From positions 1-64,000 of the forward strand of contig MU626345.1 of NCBI GenBank assembly GCA_025603075.1: a DNA stretch of 64,000 bases, given 5' to 3'. Made by a program: the position numbers and the translations under genes. The notes beneath the pieces were generated by a model that saw nothing but the letters and a program-made list of their open reading frames with translations, made no database searches and was not told the DNA's origin. Origin of the DNA: Neoconidiobolus thromboides FSU 785 (Eukaryota > Fungi > Entomophthoromycota). This document shows, piece after piece, positions 58,580-64,000 of the stretch; position 1 is the first letter of the stretch; every line of letters begins with the position of its first letter.

Positions 58580-59315
58580 ATGACTTTTACCACATCCGAA
58601 ATCAAAAAACAATTTTGGAAAGATATCAACTTACAATTAGATTCGTTAATGGAATCGGAAACTAATTGGGTAAGTGTCAATATCAATACCAAATCAATAT
58701 ATATTTATTACATTGTTTTTATAAATAATTAATCAAAATTATCAAGGTAACTAATTTAGCCAATACATCTGCTTTATTATGGCAAGAATTACGTGAACCA
58801 AGTTTACATGAACTTCCATCAAGAGCTATTAATTGGGCTGGATTTTATTTAATTGATAAAAAAAATACGAAGGATTTAATATTAGGTCCATTTCAAGGGA
58901 AGGTAAAATTTAGTATTGGTTTTTTGATATTCTTATTTTGTATTGATTCTTTAACAAATAAGATTGCTTGTGTAAGAATACCCATTGGAAAAGGAGTATG
59001 TGGAGTTGGAGCTAGTAGTAAATTAACACAATTAGTTTATGATGTACATGAATTTCCTGGACATATTGCTTGTGATTCGGCTTCTAATTCGGAAATCGTA
59101 GTCCCTCTAATTGTTAATGATAAGGTAAAAAAAAGAGACAATGTTCAGAATTGGTGATGGTTAACTTATTTTATTTATAGGTTATTGGTGTCATTGATAT
59201 CGATTGTGAAACAGTTGGTGGATTTGATAAAGAAGATCAAGTAGGGTTAGAAGAATTAGCTAAGATTATCATTAAGTCTTGTGATTTTGAAGATTTGCTT
59301 AGTGCTTTAGAATAA
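58580..59315 (+). CDS. GAF-domain free methionine-R-sulfoxide reductase (fRMsr, YKL069W-like), 3 introns
   Basis: NLANTSA, INWAGFY, LGPFQGK|IAC, GKGVCG, HIACDSASNSEIVVP and GVIDID. Confidence 0.93.
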
Positions 59316-59444
59316 AAGTTAAAATAACGATAAGTAAAAAAGTAATTTCATTTTCTTAATATTTAAAAGATATCATTACTTGGCTACGTCATTTTATTCA
59401 AGTTCAAAAAAAAAAGAAAAAAAGAAACTATAAAAAAGAAGGGA

Positions 59445-60803
59445 TTATGTATGAACATTAAATATCAAATTAGGAGAACATCTTTCAATCCATTCAATAA
59501 ATAAAGATTCTACTCTACCAAGGTTAACGGATAACAAATTATTAAATTTAGGGTTATAAATGATTTCAAATTTAATACTTGAATTCTTCCTTGATGCTTT
59601 TAAGATTTCAAAATATCTTAACTCTCTTTGACTACATAACCAATTTAGAAAATTTTCGCCATATTCTTTAATATTACCAAAATAGAATTCTTTTAACTTG
59701 ACACAATTTATAGGTTTTGTTATAAAATCATCATCTGACAATGAACTATCAATAGCTAATACTTGTAAATTAGTTAAACCTAATATCAAAGGTAAAAATG
59801 GATATCTTAATTTTGTTAAGGAATGAATTTTTAAGATGTTTAAATTTTGTAAGTGTAAAAAACAAGGTCGATGAATTTGGACTGTTTTTGTTAATATTAA
59901 TTGAGTTAAATTGGTAAACAAAGTAGGAAAGTTATTGATAACTAAACCTAATGAATTATCATTATTGTAATTTAATGTCCGTAAATTGTTGATTTCACAT
60001 AAATCTTCTAAGATTCCAAATACACACTCTTCTTTTAAATTTGTTATATTGAGTTCAATTTCACTCAATTTTTCTAATTTTTTACTATTCTTTTTATTTT
60101 CATTAGTCAAATACTGTGTTGCATTAATACTTAACTTGGTCAATTCAGGTAAATAACCTTTAATCTCAGATAGTAAAGAAGATTGATAGACATCACAATT
60201 TAAATTTAATTCTTGTAAATTAGGTAAATAAATAAAGTCTAATTCTCCTCTTAATTGAACTAATGAATTGTTAAAATAAACGGTTAATTTTTGTATGTTT
60301 TCATCATAAAAAGTAAAATGTTCAGTTAAATACTTATTTAAATTACCGAAATCTAATATTAGTTCTTTGATAGCTAATTTGTTATTAGTAAATAATAATG
60401 ATAGATCTAATATTTGATCTAAACTTGATATTGCTATTTCTATCTTTGTTAAATTAGGGCATAATTCCACTATTTCTTTAATCCTTAATGGTCTTTCATA
60501 GATTGAACTTGAATAAAATGGATTAAATGGAAATTCTATATCAAATTCTTTCCTAGGTATAGATAGATAATGATATTTTATTTTATTTCCATGTTTTTTT
60601 AATAAATTAATCAAACTTTTATGTTCTGTTTTATTACTTGCTTTCCCTCGAAACTCAGCCCATAAAATAAAATTACTATTTTCATACCACTGTTGACATA
60701 CTAAATTTACTGTCTTTAAATCTTCTATGGTCAAATATTGAAATATTTGTTGTAATATATGGTTCGGTATCATATCATATCGTTTCTTCTTTTCTATTAT
60801 CAT
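59445..60803 (-). CDS. F-box / leucine-rich-repeat protein
   Basis: IPNHILQQIFQYL..EDLKTVNLVCQQWY F-box followed by LxxLxL repeats. Confidence 0.88.
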   Translation of the reverse strand: MIIEKKKRYDMIPNHILQQIFQYLTIEDLKTVNLVCQQWYENSNFILWAEFRGKASNKTEHKSLINLLKKHGNKIKYHYLSIPRKEFDIEFPFNPFYSSSIYERPLRIKEIVELCPNLTKIEIAISSLDQILDLSLLFTNNKLAIKELILDFGNLNKYLTEHFTFYDENIQKLTVYFNNSLVQLRGELDFIYLPNLQELNLNCDVYQSSLLSEIKGYLPELTKLSINATQYLTNENKKNSKKLEKLSEIELNITNLKEECVFGILEDLCEINNLRTLNYNNDNSLGLVINNFPTLFTNLTQLILTKTVQIHRPCFLHLQNLNILKIHSLTKLRYPFLPLILGLTNLQVLAIDSSLSDDDFITKPINCVKLKEFYFGNIKEYGENFLNWLCSQRELRYFEILKASRKNSSIKFEIIYNPKFNNLLSVNLGRVESLFIEWIERCSPNLIFNVHT

Positions 60804-61869
60804 TTGGGTTAGTTAATATCTATTTTATTTTTTTATAAGATTGAAAGCTTGATTTTTTCATTACTGTCTTATAAGTTTTATTTATGTTTAATTGGCTTCT
60901 GTTTTAAAATTCTTTTTGCAAGGAAAATAGAGTGGTTTAAAAATAATTCAAATATTTAGAAAATATATAACTTTTATCATAATTCAATTAGAAATACAAC
61001 AAAAGAAACCAAATCGTATTAAAAAGATATTATTTTAAGTATTATTTTTCGAAAATTTAATACTAATCGATAAATTGATTACTGTAATATAATGCTTTAA
61101 AATTATAATGAATATTGAAATTTTTTAAAGCTATAATAAACATTACATTACGAACATTAAAATAACTAATAGCTATAACTTAATATTAATACTAAAAACA
61201 AACAAAGATAATATGTTTCTTTTTAGTTATAGATAAATTTTATATGATGAATGTTTTTTACTGTTTAATTAAATTCAAGTAGTATTAAATACATTTAATA
61301 ATAGTCACTGACATTTTTAGCTTACAAAATAATATTTTAGCAAATAAATAACATTTTTAATAAGCACAAATAAATAAATAAAAATATTGCTCATTAACGA
61401 CTAGTGTACTCTTGTTAATATTATTGTAGTCTTTGCCAAATAATTGTGTACTTTTTTCTCCTAAAATTCGAAAAATTATCAGAAAATTAACTAAAACATG
61501 CTTATAAAAAGTTTCAAAGTATAATTGTATGATCTTGATAGATTAATAGATATTATAGTACATAAAGCAATATGTTAGTAATTTTATTCTCATCTTTAAC
61601 ATTGTGACTATATAACTTGTACAATGTTAATAAAATAAATACTTAATACCAATTGTACTTAATATTTCACTTCATTTTACTTTTTTCATTAGGTAAAATT
61701 TCACCATAGATATTAGATTAGATATTAGATGAAGTGATCTAATTGGTCTAGATAGCATCAAAAAATCAAAATGATTGATTTAATCAAAGAATCTAACCAA
61801 ATCTTAATTTCTATTCAATCCAACTCAAATAGAATAATCTGCTTAAGTTTATTTAGATCAATAAAAAAT

Positions 61870-62717
61870 ATGCTATCACTAACTCAACTTACTGGCGGTA
61901 TATTAAATATATACTTTTAATTGAAATTGTTATTAATTAGTTAAATTAGCTGGAATTCGTGCTTCCACTTTATTTAATCCTTTAGTTCGTAGTACATTAC
62001 CTTCAGTTCGTAAGTTAACTAATAATTGAATAAAAAACAAGTGAAATTAATCACTATAGAATCAACACTCCAACGTCGTAATCTTAACTCAAGCACTCAA
62101 ATTGCACCAAGAAACAATGCTGAAATAATGGCCACACCAGACAATGCTTCAGGTAAAAAAAGACAAAATACCAAAAAAAAGATTAATTAATATTTTATTA
62201 AAAGACTTTGTTTTGTCTACTGTGGATAAAATTGCTAATTGGGCCCGCCAAGGTTCTATTTGGCCTATGACTTTCGGTTTAGCTTGTTGTGCTGTCGAGA
62301 TGATGCATATGGCTGCTTCTCGTTATGATCAAGATCAATTTGGTATTCTTTTCCGTGCTTCTCCACGTCAATCGGATGTCATGATTGTTGCAGGTACCCT
62401 TACTAATAAAATGGCACCAGCACTTCGACGTGTTTATGATCAAGTAAGTTATTTTAATTAGTTTATATTTTAATTATTTATTTAATATAAAGATGCCTGA
62501 ACCACGATGGGTAATTTCAATGGGTTCCTGTGCTAATGGTGGGGGTTATTATCATTATTCATACGCTGTTGTAAGAGGATGTGATCGTATTGTTCCAGTA
62601 GATATTTATGTTCCTGGTTGTCCACCAACAGCTGAAGCTTTATTATATGGTGTACTTCAACTCCAGAAAAAAATGCGTCGTAACCGTACCCTTAGAATGT
62701 GGTATCGTAAATATTAA
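61870..62717 (+). CDS. NDUFS7: NADH:ubiquinone oxidoreductase PSST subunit, 4 introns
   Basis: [24 protein letters not shown] and [11 protein letters not shown]; presequence exons from ATG 61870. Confidence 0.97.
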
Positions 62718-63613
62718 AGCTATCTTCTTAAAGTTTTTTGATTAAAAAAGGTAAAACATAGTTAAGTCATATGAAGTATAGTTATAAAGTTCAGTTTATA
62801 AGTGTGGAGTTTGATTATTTCTCGGCAGCTTTATTTCATTATAGGATAGTTATAATTTTAACACTCTATTTTTAATAATAGTTTATATGACTCATGTTAA
62901 AATAGAATTAATATCTATAGATTAATATAAGATGTACCTAAATTTAATTTTCATTATTAATCTTTATATTAGTTGTGTACGAATATTATTTGATGTATAT
63001 TGTATAAAAGTGATCAAGCAGCAGAGTGTGCAAATTATTCGATTACTTTTTTAATTAAGATCATGTATTTAATATTTAGTTATTTAAAGCCCAACTACAA
63101 AGTTAAAAATGCAAAGTTTCGATTATTCTTATTATATTATATTGCGTATTCTATTTATCACTATATTATTTAGCTAAAATGCTCTAAATTACATCATAAC
63201 GAAAATTAGTTTAAATAAAAACCGTTGTTTTTTAGTATGTTTATTTTGTTTTTTGTATAATATTCAATTTCGTTACTCTATTAAACTTGTTAGCTATAAC
63301 TGATTATATTTGATGTACTTATACTTAAACCATATCGTTTATCATTTTTAGAGCTCACCAAAAATCTTGAATATAACAACTTTTATTATTAGGATATGAT
63401 ATCTCATATTACCTAATATAATGTATTTTATTATATAAACTAACTAATAAATCTAAATATGAGCAGCATATGAGTTGGAATTTTATCTGCGCTTTCCTAG
63501 TCATTTTGACAGAAAATTAAATTTGGGAGTTAATTTCAACCAATCATTGATAAAAAGCTCAAATATAAATTCACCAAAATTGAAATCTATGCTGAAGTAT
63601 TTTTTACATAAAA

Positions 63614-64000
63614 ATGGCCGCCGAAGTAGCAACCAGCATGGAAAAATTAAATATTAAAGAAGGAAAACCAATGTTAGGTGGGAGTGTACTCACTGATAAA
63701 GACGTAATTTTTATTAGAACTTGACTTTTTTCACTGTTTATCAAACTAGATCAAACCAACTCCTGAATTTTTTGACCATCGTATCAAAATTTTTGAAGAC
63801 CTTAAAAAAAAGTATGACGAGGAAATCAAAAGTATGTTTTTTGAATTGTAATATCTTGAATTAAATTAATTATTATATCATATAGATAAGACTCGTGAAC
63901 CCATTACTATTACTTTACCTGATGGTAAAACTAAAGAGGGTACTTCTTGGGAGACTTCTCCTATGGATATCGCTAAAAGTATTGCTAAATCTTTAGCTGA
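63614..64000 (+). CDS. THS1: Threonyl-tRNA synthetase, 5' part (TGS domain), truncated by window edge
   Basis: Spliced: [15 protein letters not shown] and [32 protein letters not shown]. Confidence 0.92.

Overview
Very AT-rich eukaryotic DNA with short (about 50 nt) GT-AG introns. It is almost certainly fungal; an early-diverging lineage such as Entomophthoromycotina/Zoopagomycota is my inference from composition and gene content. About 26 intact genes are supported. Housekeeping: CDS1, a Rho GTPase, MMSDH, eIF5B, NMD3, a CCDC137-like gene, NDUFS7, the 5' part of ThrRS and fRMsr. Accessory or secreted: an ABCB transporter, a UGT, an aspartic protease, an SSS transporter, two DOMON paralogues, two DNRLRE/CBM96-like paralogues, two MARVEL-like paralogues, an F-box/LRR protein and a Zn2Cys6 factor. 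Intergenic space holds decayed L1-like retroelements, a decayed DDD-type (Sola-like) transposase and probable 7TM pseudogenes. Four signals stand out. (1) An approximately 100-bp MITE family, GGGGATG...CATCCCC, has 18 copies in 64 kb and is flanked by ANNT direct repeats; one copy has a diagnostic AGAT/AGAT duplication inside a transposase relic whose frame is restored on excision. (2) The MITE copies show systematic CpG decay, suggesting methylation of repeats. (3) An intact pogo/CENP-B-like gene has all three catalytic Asp residues replaced and is probably a domesticated transposase. (4) A Rho GTPase needs a 6-nt microexon. No rRNA, tRNA or CRISPR array was recognised. All alignments and translations were done by eye, with no database searches.
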